64,000 nucleotides of DNA, from the NCBI RefSeq assembly GCF_964204645.1, contig NC_134030.1, forward strand, positions 13,820,656-13,884,655, given 5' to 3'. Each line of letters starts with the position of its first letter. Within the stretch, counting starts at the first letter, position 1. Shown here one piece after another: positions 26,909-40,196 of this stretch. Below the pieces are notes generated by a model. That model made no database searches. It was not told the DNA's origin and was given only the letters and a program-made list of their open reading frames with translations. The translations under genes were made by a program, and so were the position numbers. The DNA comes from Tubulanus polymorphus. Its lineage: Eukaryota > Animalia > Nemertea.

Positions 26909-27128
26909 CTTCAGAACCTATATTGAACATTTATTTCCTTGCTATATTCATTGTAACCCGTTTTGGATTTAAGCTGATGGTATATTTAGGGTAACCTAGG
27001 CTAATGAGTTAAAAAGTTAATTGACCATATCCATTTAATATAGTGTTTAAACATTTCCCAAAGATGATATGATGTAAAGACACTTGCTCATTTCATTTCT
27101 CTCACTTATTGCGAACACACTTACAACC

Positions 27129-28408
27129 ATGAGCACGACATGTAAACGCTTATCTTTTAAAATTGAGATTCCTGGAGATGAAAGTATTAACACGTCAATT
27201 CTACAGAAAATTCTGAAAGTTCGGGAATCATTGATGAAAAGTTCTATGACATCAATTAACAATGCTGTGATAATGGAGAATCTTCTGGAATGTTGGTTGA
27301 CGAAAAATTCTCCAGAAACTATCGAGATGAATGTTACTAATTATGTGTCCACCGATAAGAATAGCGTCAATCAGAAGATATTTGTGACATGTGAATCCGC
27401 ACTGACAAAGTTGGTTGAGATGGCCGGGAAACATTTTCGTTTCCGTGACAGTAAGGTGTCCGTTAAGAAGGTCTATTACCATGGACATGTCCCACGTGTA
27501 CATTTGAACTGTAATTGGAAGAGGAAAGCTCATTCATTTGTATGGACATCGTCATCATACCTTCCAAATGGGGAATTTCAGATGTGAACATGTCATCAGA
27601 TGTGAACATGTCACCAAGGCTGATGATGATGTAAGCCAACGACACGAACGCCTTGGGACCGAGCAGATATATCTGAGATCTACTGAAGATCACAAGGACT
27701 TAGAAATTAGAATCCACTGTCATGACAATAGTGCCACGATCAACAAGTTTGTTTGAGATCAGGGATCCATCAACCAAAACGATACCTGGCACGAGATAAA
27801 AAATATAGTGAGAAAATTAGATAAAATAGGAAAAGGTGCTAAAAAACATCATGGAAAAACCTGGCATGAACAACTACACGATAAGGCTCAACCAATTGGG
27901 ATGCACATTCAATGTGCGGTTTGAAATTGCAACCAAAATGAAAAAACACTATTGGACTACTTGGACAATATAATTTGTCATTATAAAAATGACTCCTATC
28001 ATCCAGTCTCGTTGCAAAATTGACGCAAATTATGAACCATCAAGAATAGTGATAACCTCTCCTGTTGCTGAAAACCTACTTAATAAGCTAATCAAGTCGA
28101 CATATATGTATTTACAACCTGAATCTTTTGTCTTGGGCAGAGATTCTTTTTATGTGGAAAGCTTCAATAATGTGATGAACTTATTTCAAAATAAACGCAT
28201 ATCGTTCTCTGACCAACAATATCTAATGCGAGCGAATTTAGCAGTCTGCCACTGGAATGAAAATGTTGACAGAGCCTACACCAGCATGTATATGAAACTA
28301 GGAGGTACAAGGACTAGGCAAAGACAGAAAAAAGTTTATAAACCATGTTCTTTTCAATATCGGGCTAATATTTGGCAAAGTTTTGTGAATCATATCTATT
28401 CGGAATGA
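27129..28408 (+). pseudogene. Kolobok transposase, with stops/frameshifts and an internal deletion near 27590
   Basis: IHCHDNSATI, NQNDTWH, LDNIICHY, YVESFNNVMNLFQNKRISF...RANLAVCHWNENVDR. Confidence 0.75.
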
Positions 28409-29091
28409 TATCAAAATCAAATCTTTCACATTGATAATCAATGGTCTTGGTAAGTTTTCTCTATAGGCCTATTATGACTTTGCTAGAGTATTTTCCCTAT
28501 AATCGTTGTTGAATTAATCCTTGGTTGGGACATAAAGCTAATTGGCTATGACAGCTTATCTGGCTTGAAGCAATAACCTCAATTAAGTACACAAAAACAA
28601 ACAAGTGAATAGTGAGGTGGTGGGATGTGGCTTATTCTCTACACTACTGAAAATCTCAAGTGTTTGCCACCCGGTTAACTAGCCTCCGTACTCCTCAGCC
28701 TTTAAATGTCCGACTCCTAAATCCTTGAAAGCTATGGTTGTCTACAAGTACACTTGTTTGTGTGATATAAACACTGCCTATATAGGTAAAACAAAAAGAC
28801 ACCTAGTATCAAGAGTTAAGGAGCACAAACTTAAGACTTCAGCAATTGGCCAACATCTGGGAATTGCTAGGTGAAAGGGTCAGCGACAAGGAAACATTAA
28901 ATTAGCTCTCCATAATTCTTAACAATTAACCCAATTTTTAAGATAGGATATAATCAAAATACACTGAACAAGGTAAGATCTGTCTAAAGCATTCAATAGG
29001 TGAGTAAACAAGTTGCTGTAATCTCTAATACGCCCGAAATCTCACCTTGAAGTGGGCTCTATCATTTCCTGGAAATTCCTAGAAAACAAAG

Positions 29092-30504
29092 ATGGCAGAC
29101 AGCTGCATGACAACAGTAGTAACAACAACAGCTGATGGACAAAGCCGCTCTCTGAGCCCTCGCGATGAGCTTACCAATATTGCCAACCAACAAAATACTG
29201 AGCCACACCCATCAATAAGCTCCCAACAGTCAATCTGGAGGAATAGAGGTAAGCCCCAACATTGGAGTGATGTCAGTAGTAATGAAGATAGCAAGTGGGA
29301 TGTACGTATCGCACACAAGGAAGGTACTGTCTCTTCACTAGCTCATAGCCAAGAGGTTGCGGCCCCAGTAACCCCAGGGATTATCTCAAGAGCAGCAACA
29401 TTAGCTGGGATTTGGAGATCTAACCTACCAATTGGCTCTAAAGAGACTGATAAAGACCAGGCTAAAGACCAACTTATACAGTGCGGACCTGAAACTAGAC
29501 AACGTAAGCAGCCTGAACACCCAATGGAAGAGAGTGTCATGCCCAGAAACTCAAGGCACAAAAGAGGGGAAGATAACCCTGTCAACAACAATTCTGTCCC
29601 TGCATGTTCCAAATGTGCACTGAATATACCGGCCAGTGAGGGTTTTCATTACTGTCACTATTGCAAAAAGGCCATATGTAAGAGCCAAAGTCCCAATGGA
29701 ACTGAACCTACAACGAGACAACGACACAGATTCCTGCTTAATTATAGCCTGTGAAAATCGTGAAACTGATAACACTAGCTCATTCAATAATCAAATGCTA
29801 GCCAAACTCGAGCAGATTGTGGCCAAACAAGATACTCTGTTAATTGAGATGGCCAAAAAAGCCGACAAAGTTTACTTTGACGAGAAGTTTACGACTGTAG
29901 ATGAATGAAAAATAAAGAACATCAAATGGGGGTCTTAAAAATCTCAGAAGCTGAATTAAAGAAAGCCCACACCAAACTACAACAAGCCGGTCAAAATCCT
30001 GAGATTGATACAAGAATATCGGAAGTGTTAAATGATGGTTTAGGTAAATTAAGAGAAGAGATCTGGGAGACTGAATCTAGAAAAAGAAATATTATATTGT
30101 ATAATATACCCGAGTCAACAGAGGCCGAGGGCAATAAGCGTAGCGCAAATGCCAGGCACGCAGTCAAACAATTTTTACTGCAGACCCTAAGTATGCATTC
30201 TGTTGGGGCTCCGAGACTTATTAACACGATAGGCATTTTCGACAAAGACAAGATTAGACCCCTCCGAGTGATCTTAGGGACAGAATACGATAAAGAAGAG
30301 ATTGTCAACAAGTATACCGATTTGAAGAGAGAAAACCAGGAAATTCTTTTAAACATCAGTATGGCCAGTGATGAAACAATCAGTCAGCGTATGGAGTACA
30401 GCAAGCAGCGTCAAGAACTGGAAGAAAGACGAGCAAAAGGAGAAAAGGGCTTGACCATAAGAGGGAAGAAAATAATTCAAGCCCGTCAGCCCTTTTGTAA
30501 GTAA
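29092..30504 (+). pseudogene. Non-LTR retrotransposon ORF1 (PHD-like finger, coiled coil, RRM/CTD), ORF2 absent
   Basis: CSKC..CHYCKKAIC; coiled-coil QMLAKLEQIVAKQDTL; ESRKRNIILYNIPE, RPLRVIL, D.T..QR..ELEERRAKGEKGLTIRGKKII. Confidence 0.75.
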
Positions 30505-30568
30505 AAACGTCGGAAACGACAAAAATCATCCAGATAAAAAGAGTAAAATCCGCTACAACGATTCTGAA

Positions 30569-31485
30569 TTAACCCTTCAACCGGCAAGTATTTTTCGGCC
30601 TGTGAGTGATTTTGGACCTTAAAAGGGGGAAACTAACTCAGTAGATATGAGGGATAAACCCATATTGCATGTATTTTATAAAAGCTCTTTTCATAAGCTT
30701 TCGAATGGTACCAAGTTTGCAAACTTTGGAGGTCACCTTCAGGGTCTGACCCCAAGGTAACAGATCGCAAGGTCATCCAGATTTTAGGGCCATCAATAAT
30801 GAAGCACTGTCATCAGATTTATCCCGATGCGAATTCTCATCAGAATCTTTCATTTCTATGTCCAAAATATCAGCCAAACTCACTAGAGAACGTATTTAGT
30901 GCATTGGCCATTACTACTAACGATCTTTTCAACTTCGGAAATCTGACCCACGTGACACATGGTTTCTATACCCCTACTACATGCCAAATGTATGATATAT
31001 CACTGATAGACATTGTAGGCCGTCTGGTGTCGCCATCTGCTCACAGGAAAATGAGTTAGAATGCTTCACTGAAATCAATACTTGACTATCCTATTCCTAG
31101 TTAAAAACCTGAGCTACGAAGGATTGATACAGAGGCCTGCATTTCATGAGCTATAGTTTTATACTCTAAGTATTACGAATTTCAATGAAAAATGGCAAAC
31201 CATTCGGAAGATACAGGTCTTGAAATTCAGGACAAAAGTGAAGTTTTTGAGCACTAAAAAGGTCACACGACAGCCATCTTGCATCTGATCAACTGAATTT
31301 TTCTCATGCAGATGCACTATGGGTGGATAAAACATAAGTGAAAAATCAAGATAATTGATCAAAGCATTTCAAAATCTCCCTGAAAACTTCACACATGTGT
31401 AAAGTGCTGACAACAACGGCTGCCGGTCGGCCATTTTGATTCTGATTAAGCGAGTTTAGGCCAGTTTCTCAAGTGGGCTAAAAAT
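30569..31485 (-). mobile_element. Diverged member of the HINE family
   Basis: 31160-31485 aligns with 1720-2190 (gcactaaaaaggtca, cagccatcttg, aacaacggctgccggtcggcc, caagtgggctaaaaa). Confidence 0.55.
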
Positions 31486-34400
31486 GGGCTTGCTGACATA
31501 GTTTTACTGCGTCCTTAGTGGTTTTGTATTTCTCTGTAGGCCTAGTAGAATTAATTGAACCTTGAACTGATTAAGTTTTAAAGAGCTAAGAGAAGGTCGC
31601 AGAAAAAGTTCCTGCAGGGAAACAATTATTTCGTGCGAAGATACCTAAACCTAGGTTCGAGTTACAGTTACAATGTAACTTTCTTGTGACATTGTCTGCG
31701 TGGTGCACGTGGCAGCTTTAATTGATTGATTGAGCCATATAGGATCTGCTCATGATACGACCGGGAACATGACGAACCATGCTAGAATCTGAGCGTCGTA
31801 TATATCAAATTTTAACGGGTTATTCGCGGCATTTGTATAAAAGCACGACTTACAGATAACTCGTAAAAATACTACGCACACATAATTCGTACATCAGTCG
31901 TAGTACAATTGTTGGTCCCCAGAACTACGACTTATGTTGGGTTGACTGTATTTCAAATTTTTGGGAAAAGCTCATATAAATTTGGCTGGCCTAATAAATA
32001 CATAAAGCAACGATAAGGCGTAGGCCTACTTCCTTCAGATGACATTTCATTACAATCAGCTAATCAAGTTTAATACTGTCATAGAGACTGTCACGCCTGG
32101 CTCCCTGAAGAGACAGGGAATCATTTCAATTCAATTCAATTCAGAATTCATTTCATAGAAAAGCGGTTTAAAGAAATTGAAATTTTGAATAAACAGAACA
32201 AATATTTACAAATTTTAGAAAAAAGAGTGCTTTGCAAAATGCTGCTAACACAAGCACCTAATAAATTAAAAGAAAATATAAAGAATTTAAATAAAGTAAA
32301 GTCAAACGTTGTCAGCGCTATACCGCGCATGAATAGCAATATTAAGTCTGATCACACACATTCAAGCAAGTTTGGTGTGCGCTGCTAAAAAAACAAAACT
32401 GAAAAATAAAAAAATGAATATGACAGACTGATGTAGCACGAGAGAAACATCAGATTTCATTACTATATAAAAAGTGTAAAAATAGACTAAAATGAAAATC
32501 AAAACTAAGTAGGCCTATACCAAACATAGGCCTACAGGTCTGATGAATTCAGCACATTTTTCTTAATAACTTGATCATTAGATTTTTCAGAAACACAAGT
32601 AAATCGAATTTGATCTGGATCTTTTGGGATGGATGAAATTGATAAATTTCAAGAAAAGTCCATAGTGTAAACCCACTGTAGCCAGGCTGTATTTTCAATA
32701 AAGTAAGCAGACGGTTAGTTGCTATTGATTACAATGTAATGTTTAGGCCTTTAAGCAAATAATATCTACTAATATCAACTCATTATTCACAACTGATGAT
32801 GTAATATGAGAGCTTTGGACATAAACAACCACCAGCTGACATGAGATCATAACCTAATTTTGACTAGATTTCAAACTTGTCAAACCTAGATGTCCATGCT
32901 CATATTTAGGGGAGGTTCGCCCAGATTCTGCCGACATGACAATATTGGAGCATTGATTGCAAAAGATTCACTCATTGGTAACACTTTCTCATATGTTTTC
33001 CTTCAACTTATATGCATATGCTTCCAAACTTCCAAAAGCAGCTAAATTTTCACCCCTTAGGCCTTATATATGCTAAAAGTTGTGACATTGCTTCTCTTTA
33101 CATCTTATTTTCAAAACTTTTCTGTGCGAGTACTCCCAGGACCCAACATATGCGTGAGCACCTTTCAAAAAGTTCCACCTACATGAAAAACCTCCACTAA
33201 GAGAAACAAAACTGCCACTTGAACCTGCATAGCTTACTCTTATATTGTCTTTTAGTCTTGAATGCACTACAACTCATGAGGAATGCTAGCAGTTGATGAT
33301 TTTGATGAAATTGAATGAAAGGCTAAAATCAATATTTCAAGCAGAATTCAAAACAAAAAACAATCATATCTAAGGAAATGAGCAAAAGCAAAATCAGCAC
33401 CAATAATAGCAATTCATGTTTCATGCAAGTTAGCTAAATTTTTATACGGCTTAATCATTGCTAAGAATTAGTTTTTGTCATAGGCCTATCCCCTTAAAGA
33501 CCACTTACAATCCCTTAAACAATTCATTCAGTCTGCTTATCATCAACCTTCTGAAGAGCAAGCCCAGTTTCAAACAAAAATCCTTAGAGTAAAACTGGGT
33601 CCTGGATAGGCTACTGGGAAGTAATTGACCAAGGTGCCTATTCCATCTTCTGACAGGATCCTTTCGGGAAGTGGAAATTGTTCGCGTTGTATAACTGCCT
33701 CAGTAGACAACCTCTAATACGGAAGTTGACCCAAAATTTGCAGGACAGAGAATTGGACCTGAACCTGTCATTGATGACGAAGTTTGAATCTTTGCCAAGA
33801 AGGGATGTAGGCCTATGCCCTATTCATGCATAAGGCCTATATTTGGTAAAAGACAAAGTGTTTTTGTGAAGGATAAATATAGGCCCTAACTATTCTAAAA
33901 AATTCAGCAATATGCGTCCATAACACCAGTTTGCCAGTCTTTGGTAATGCGAGCAGGATTGTTGGAGCAAAAGTTCATAACCTTATAAACAAAGCTATGA
34001 TATACCTTGGCCAAGAATTTTGTTAAATTTCAAGACCAGCTTTTATTTGTAGGAATTTATGAAGCAAAATGTAAAAAGCAAAATGAATGGAGAAGCATTG
34101 AGGCAAAAATCTTTTTCAAACTCTTAATCTTTACCATTCAATGTAGCATTACCAACAATCCAAGACATTGTAATTTGCAACGTCTCTTATGATGACTGGT
34201 GCATTAGTAGGCCCATAAGCCGTGAGCACATGAGAGTTCTTGGCACAAGTTTTACCACAGGACAAATGAATGCATTTGAATTGCCACTGGTACCAGAAGT
34301 GACTCACTTTGCTTTGTTTGAACATTGTTAAGTATCCCACGATTGGTTTGCGTTGAACGTACTCTCTAATTAGGCAAATTTTACTCAGCCCTCATCTATG

Positions 34401-35872
34401 CCAATTTGGCTCAGGCCAATTGCGCCTCTGCGTGATTGCGGCTGTAAGTATAGATTTAAGAACTTGAGGCTCAGTGAACTTATTGTTACAATTATCAACT
34501 AGTTTTGGTTGACTCATTGTTATCCCCAAAACCATTTTTTAATCATTGCACCTTTGCAGCAATTCATAACTCTGTCACTTCTGGTGAATCACTGGAAAAA
34601 TTCTCGTGAAAATCAAGAAATTGACAAGATTTTTTTTATGTTAATTTCATGACAAATGAATTTACTAAATCGCTAATATTTCAACAAGTAAACAACAAAA
34701 TAATTTGAATAAATAACTAAATTAATAATTAAGTGAAGCATTCCGATGAAATTCAATAGGGTTAGAGATTTTATTACTGCATTAAATGTTTTGAAAGTTC
34801 TGAAGAGAAACTAAGCTTCATTCGGAAGTTATTTTGTACCAAAATTTTGTAGCAAAAAAATTAAATGCAACCAAAGACATCCATCCTCCAGGCTTCTGGG
34901 AAAAGGCAAATCCTTTAAGAATTTTTCTAGGTTGACTAGGTTGATATATTAGATCTGCCCTTGTATCTATTCAGCCGTTATCAACATCACAGTAAAAATT
35001 TCATTTAGACATAAATGACCACATCAGACCTCGAGGCAAACATTTTTCTCCTGTAACTTCTTAGCCTAAGTCAAAAGTTTGAGTATATAAGCCTCAATTT
35101 TGAGGCCTGAAGTCAAAATTCTGAGTTAAAAAGTCAAGAGATTTTTGGTTAAAACATTTGAAAAAAAAATCTGGTGGCTACAATGCTTCTCCATGAAAAT
35201 GAGCAAAGCTTCTGATTATCTTCATTAGAATAGTATAGTTCTTTAAATGGCCCATGCAGACAACATGGAGTGACGACACGTACAATTTAAAATACCATCA
35301 AGTTGCCTACGCTGGTACAATCGTATTTTCCTACGAAGATATTCTTCATCCCAATCAGTCTAGAATTTAATCAAACATGTTTTGCATAAAAACTGAAAAG
35401 AAGATGTTTTAACAGCTGTATAAAGGATTATGATGTGATGACAAAATGGTAGGCCTACCAATTTAGTCAGGAGCAGATCTAGCCCCATATAGCAAATATC
35501 AGGACAGATGTCAGAACAATCCCGAAGAGGCATTCAGTTATTTCTGACAGAGCATTCATGCCCCACCATCTGGTGGTCGTACTTCCGGCGAATTTTCAAA
35601 AATAAATTTTGTTACCAGTCAAAATCTTTAATGGCGCTAAAAGAGTGTAAATGTGCTCCAAAAATCATGTAACATTGAAATTATGGGCGCTGCTTTATAG
35701 GCCTATTTCAGGATTAAAATTGACACCTCGTAACAAACTTCAACAATCGTCGGCAGTGTTTGGCTGCCCCAATATTTGTGGGTAGAGTAAAGCATTTCGG
35801 AAATAGGAGCGTTTCCTGCCTTTCTGTATAGGCCTAATATATGTTAAACGATGGAAGGTGCGCGTTAGTAAT

Positions 35873-36213
35873 GCTCATAAAAAATGAAAATAAATTCTCG
35901 CACGCTCGAATTTATTTTCATTTTCTACTCACTCGCCCTCTCAACCTTTAATCTAGAACAACTATTCCCCAATTACTCTTAAAATTTCATGTTTTAAAAG
36001 TGAGAGTAAAATGTTAGCATAATAATCTAGATAAATAAGATCAAATATAGATTTCGGCAATAAAAAACCAATTTTAAACATAAAAAGTGTATGTTAAGTG
36101 TGAGTGAAATAATTCATATTTATAACAACGAATATTCATATTTATATGTGTTAAATTCTTATTTTTAAACATAAAAAGTGTGAGTAAAGTGTGAGTGAAA
36201 TAATTCATATTTA
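35873..36213 (+). repeat. Left arm of a ~245-bp inverted repeat (with partial internal duplication)
   Basis: Near-perfect reverse complement of 40401-40645. Confidence 0.9.
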
Positions 36214-36214
36214 A

Positions 36215-38560
36215 CATTTCCCAGATTTCTCGGAGGGCGCTGGAGAGTTCATTTTGGACTGTGACGCCTCTAACTGGGCTATCGGAGGGGTGCTGTCACA
36301 ACTACAACACGATGGTTCTGAGAGAGTGATCGAGTACAGTAGCCGCACGCTGAAAGGTGGAGAGGAGAACTATTGTGCCACCAGGCGCGAAATGTTGGCC
36401 TTGGTTGACATGAATGATCACTTCCGCCACCATTTACTAGGCAGGAAATTCAAATTTCGCACAGACCACGCAGCACTCAAGTGGCTACAAACCTTCAAAA
36501 ACCCTGAGGTCCAAGTGGCTCGGTGGCTTGAACGCCTGTCGGAATATGATTTCGTGATCGAACATCGAGCTGGAAGCAAACATTTGAACGCAGACGCCCT
36601 GTCTCGCATCCCTAAGAGACAGAGGAAACATGGGGACTGCCCAACTTGTGGTGACACTGGTCCATCTATATACCAGGTGACTGCAAAACATCAGGGCGAT
36701 TTGACAGCGCACTCCACTGGCTTGTCCAGGAACAAAATAATCGAGGCGCAAGTAAATGACCCCGAAATATCAGAAATTAGGGAGTTCTTGGCCGGAGATG
36801 GGGTCAGGGACAAGAAACGGCTACAACGGTGTGGTAGAACAGCGAGGAGCCTCTATAGTCTGGTTGAGCGTCTAGAGCTTTTAGATGGCATTCTTGTGCT
36901 TAAACCACTTCCGGGGGCTACCTCAACGAGACACCGAGTGGTACTACCCATTTCACTGACTGATGGAACCATAGGAGTCATACATCAGGGATTTGCGGGG
37001 AAACATCTCGGTACCAAAAAGACAGAGTGCAAAATTAGGGAAAGATTCTGGGTATTAGGCCTCTCAGCTAGGGTCAGGGATTTTGTTCGGGGCTGCAAAA
37101 CTTGCCAAGAGTGCAAGTCCCCGTCCAAACTACCAAAAGCCCCAATGATGTCTACACCGGTAGGGCGACGCTTCCAGCGTGTACATATAGACATCGTGGG
37201 CCCATTACCGAGAACCCGCCGCGGCAACGTCTACATTCTAGTGGCTCAAGATGCATTCACTAAGTGGCCCGAAGCATGGCCAATTCGCACTGAAAAGGCC
37301 TCCGTGGTGGCACGTGCCCTTGTGAACGAGTGGGTCACCCGTTACGGCAGCCCTGAATCCATCCACTCGGACAAAGGCGCGAACTTCGAGTCGAAAGTTT
37401 TCATGGAGATGTGTAGGATCTTGGCTATTGAAAAGACCAGAACCACTGCCTACCATCCTATGGGCAATGGGCAGGTGGAAAATATCCTGAAGGCCATGCT
37501 GACTACAGCAGTCAATGAGTGTGGAACAAACTGGGACGAGGAACTACCTGCGTGTTTGATGGCATTTCGTTCAAGCGTCCAGCACTCCACTCTTGAAACG
37601 CCGTTCTACTTGATGTACGCCGAGGAAATGTCACTACCAATCGACATCAGCATAGGCTTGCCCGAGGACCACCAACCAAGGACTAAGTATGGCATGGACC
37701 TCTCTGACCGCCTCACTAAGTCACACAACATTGTTCGTGATCGACTAGTGATGGCACAAAGGCGTCAGAAAATGGACTATGACCGTTTCGCAAAACGCGG
37801 GGGTTACAAGGTCGGGGATCGCGTGTGGCTGATGAGCCATTTCTTGAAAAAGGACGAGGCATCTAAGTTCCACCGGAAATGGAAAGGGCCTTACGTCGTG
37901 ACCGAGAGACTATCAGAGGTGAATTACAGGGTTGTCCTGGAACCAGGCGCCGATCCGAGGGCGGTGAAGAGAAAGCGGGTCGTGCACTTCAATGATATGA
38001 AACCGTGCTTCCTGTCTAGTGAGACCGTGACCATAGGTCATAAAAAACCTAGACAGGAACCAGTTAAAACGACCGGTCCCGAGGAGCAACCAACCCTCAA
38101 TGACAACGAGGGGCAGGAAGATGAAGACTGTGTCTGGACACGGTCACACCCCGAGACAACGGCGGTTATTCAAAAACCTCTTGTAACAAACCCTACCCAA
38201 AACCATCGCGAGCCTCCTACTCAAAACCACTCCAAGCCTGGGCCTTTGAACATTACAGACACTGAGGGGCACAGAAGACTCAGGCCCAGAGTAGGGATCA
38301 GGCGCCCTAGTCGGTTCGTAAACTCATGTACAGTCAACAACGATGATTCGCTAGCCAACCAAAATAGGGCCTCAGACCCTTTGGTGGATCCAAACACACT
38401 TATAGGACCTCCAGTCGCCTCGGACAAGATTGAGCAGAACAACATTTTTGATATAGAACTGATCCAAAAATGCCAGAAATGTCACGAAGTTCGGTCCCGG
38501 ATTAACATTAGGAAAGGCTACTGGTTAGAAATGGGCCGGTACCTTAAATCAAAGGGTTAA
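36215..38560 (+). CDS. pol: 5'-truncated Ty3/gypsy pol (RNase H, integrase, low-complexity tail)
   Basis: FPDFS..FILDCDAS, NYCATRREML, RTDHAAL, NADALSR, H-H-C-C zinc finger, HIDIVGP, IHSDKG, NGQVE, WKGPY. Confidence 0.92.
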   Translation, partial: HFPDFSEGAGEFILDCDASNWAIGGVLSQLQHDGSERVIEYSSRTLKGGEENYCATRREMLALVDMNDHFRHHLLGRKFKFRTDHAALKWLQTFKNPEVQVARWLERLSEYDFVIEHRAGSKHLNADALSRIPKRQRKHGDCPTCGDTGPSIYQVTAKHQGDLTAHSTGLSRNKIIEAQVNDPEISEIREFLAGDGVRDKKRLQRCGRTARSLYSLVERLELLDGILVLKPLPGATSTRHRVVLPISLTDGTIGVIHQGFAGKHLGTKKTECKIRERFWVLGLSARVRDFVRGCKTCQECKSPSKLPKAPMMSTPVGRRFQRVHIDIVGPLPRTRRGNVYILVAQDAFTKWPEAWPIRTEKASVVARALVNEWVTRYGSPESIHSDKGANFESKVFMEMCRILAIEKTRTTAYHPMGNGQVENILKAMLTTAVNECGTNWDEELPACLMAFRSSVQHSTLETPFYLMYAEEMSLPIDISIGLPEDHQPRTKYGMDLSDRLTKSHNIVRDRLVMAQRRQKMDYDRFAKRGGYKVGDRVWLMSHFLKKDEASKFHRKWKGPYVVTERLSEVNYRVVLEPGADPRAVKRKRVVHFNDMKPCFLSSETVTIGHKKPRQEPVKTTGPEEQPTLNDNEGQEDEDCVWTRSHPETTAVIQKPLVTNPTQNHREPPTQNHSKPGPLNITDTEGHRRLRPRVGIRRPSRFVNSCTVNNDDSLANQNRASDPLVDPNTLIGPPVASDKIEQNNIFDIELIQKCQKCHEVRSRINIRKGYWLEMGRYLKSKG

Positions 38561-38562
38561 AT

Positions 38563-38563
<1 letters not shown>

Positions 38564-38636
<73 letters not shown>
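38564..38636. repeat. (TA)n microsatellite
   Basis: About 36 TA units directly after the pol stop. Confidence 0.95.
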
Positions 38637-38638
<2 letters not shown>

Positions 38639-38865
38639 TACCCTTGTATATAACCCTGTATATATATTTACTTAGTTTTAGTAGACAGTTTATTATCATT
38701 TGTAACTGGTGGTGACTAGGATTTCAGACCCCTTGCACCTCCTGATGGTATGCTTGGGACCACCCACCTTGCATGATTCGGGTGGTATCTGAATGAACGG
38801 AATCTCCGCCATTTAGTCTTGTCGTTGCAGCCAACTCATGTTTTGAACTATTTATCGTTTCTAGC

Positions 38866-39698
38866 ATGGACTGTATCGAGTTAGACCAGTTATCTAGCCT
38901 CCACGAGGCGACACAGACCCTTAAACGGCAGGTCTCGAAAGAAGTCTGTTCCACCCTTCACAGACAGGACAAGACCCTCAGCGAATTGAGAGCCAAGATG
39001 GGCAGACTTTATAACTCTGCCGTAGATCAGTCGTTTGTGGAGGATCCTGGTCGCATAGTAACCGGTGCGGTAGTAACCGGTCTCAAGACGACAAAGACCC
39101 GACGTTTTCGGCCGAAGATGAGCACAGCTGCATTTGAGTACATCAGCCAGGAACTAGTGAACGCCCTGGCCGAATGTGGTGGTGACGCCTCGCACATCTG
39201 GTCGAAACTTGGAGACTTGAAACAGAGGGCAGTTGAGGACTTACCAATTGTGTTGCTGGGAGACTCGATGTTTACGGGGCTAAAGGCCAGCGGCGGTTTG
39301 ATTCCAATTTGCCACCCTGGTGAACGACTCGGTGATTTGTTGGAGTACCTCCCACATGTATCCTTTAGGGCAAGAGCGATTGTGGTCACGCATGGTATGA
39401 ACCATGCCGGCAATATGGCAGGACGACAGAGGAGTTTGCGGAAGTTTTGGCGCTACTCAAGGGCAAGCACCCTTCTGTTCCCCTTTTCCACCTACAGACC
39501 CCTGTCCCTCCTTGCTGGCGTGGTGACCACAATCGGGTAAACAACATCAAACGGGTTAACGTCTTCGCCCTCCGTGCCGGGTTCCAACAGGCCGACCATC
39601 CAGATATCCCGGATTTTGATTTTGTGGGGATCCACTACAAAAAGTCGGCCATGCACTTTGTCTGTCGGGAAATAATCCGTGTGGTAGATCGCGTCTGA
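38866..39698 (+). pseudogene. Third ORF of the LTR element: N-terminal coiled coil + SGNH/GDSL hydrolase, with one frameshift near 39410
   Basis: Block I IVLLGDSM, block II CHPGERLGD, block III IVVTHGMN, block V DFVGIHY followed by an amphipathic helix. ORFs 38866-39540 and 39447-39698 join by a 1-nt shift. Confidence 0.8.
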
Positions 39699-40196
39699 AT
39701 GTGTTTCCTTCGGTACCTAACGATGGTTCACCTGGAGTCGCTTATTCTTTGTAATGTTAGTGACAAAAAGCCATTCAGTCCAAATACTACCACACGTGAC
39801 CCCCCAGATGTAGCACACCCCATTGCGAACAGTTCCTTTCCGTTTTCTTTTGATTGTATTTTTCAGCTTCCCAGGACGAGGAACAGAGGCAGAGGGGCAA
39901 GCCAAGTGCAGTGTTCATTGGCCGTATCTAACTTTTGATAGATATTTTTGGTTAGACACTACGCTTAGGTGCGCCCCGAAAACAAACCACAAACCATTAG
40001 TGGAGATCGAAAGCTGCATGTATTATCATCACTGAGATGCAACCCTAATGCGAAACAACGACTACGCCGTGTTAGATGTCTACTGTATCCAGAGCCGAGA
40101 AGTTTGGAGCTTAATATACTATAATAAGGACTATAATTAAATTTGTGTAGATATTTTGACTATATATTCCTGTTCAAATGGGAGTTTGAACAAGTT

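Larger units (their letters stand above)
25195..28701. mobile_element. Kolobok DNA transposon (defective) with two divergent ORFs
   Basis: TTAA TSD (25191-25194, 28702-28705). TIR AGGCTGAGGAG ... CTCCTCAGCCT with RR...YY termini. Confidence 0.85.
24935..28865 (+). pseudogene. Penelope-like element fragment (RT C-terminus + GIY-YIG) split by a Kolobok insertion
   Basis: LFKLNGYP...KIKNFFSLK at 24945-25194 resumes in frame after 28705 as CPTPKSLKAMVVYKYTCLCDINTAYIGKTKRHLVSRVKEH. Confidence 0.8.

Noticed and set aside
33657-33806. 150-nt open phase-0 exon candidate (DPFGKWKLFALYNC...)
   Set aside because: Weak donor, no recognisable homology, no partner exons identified.
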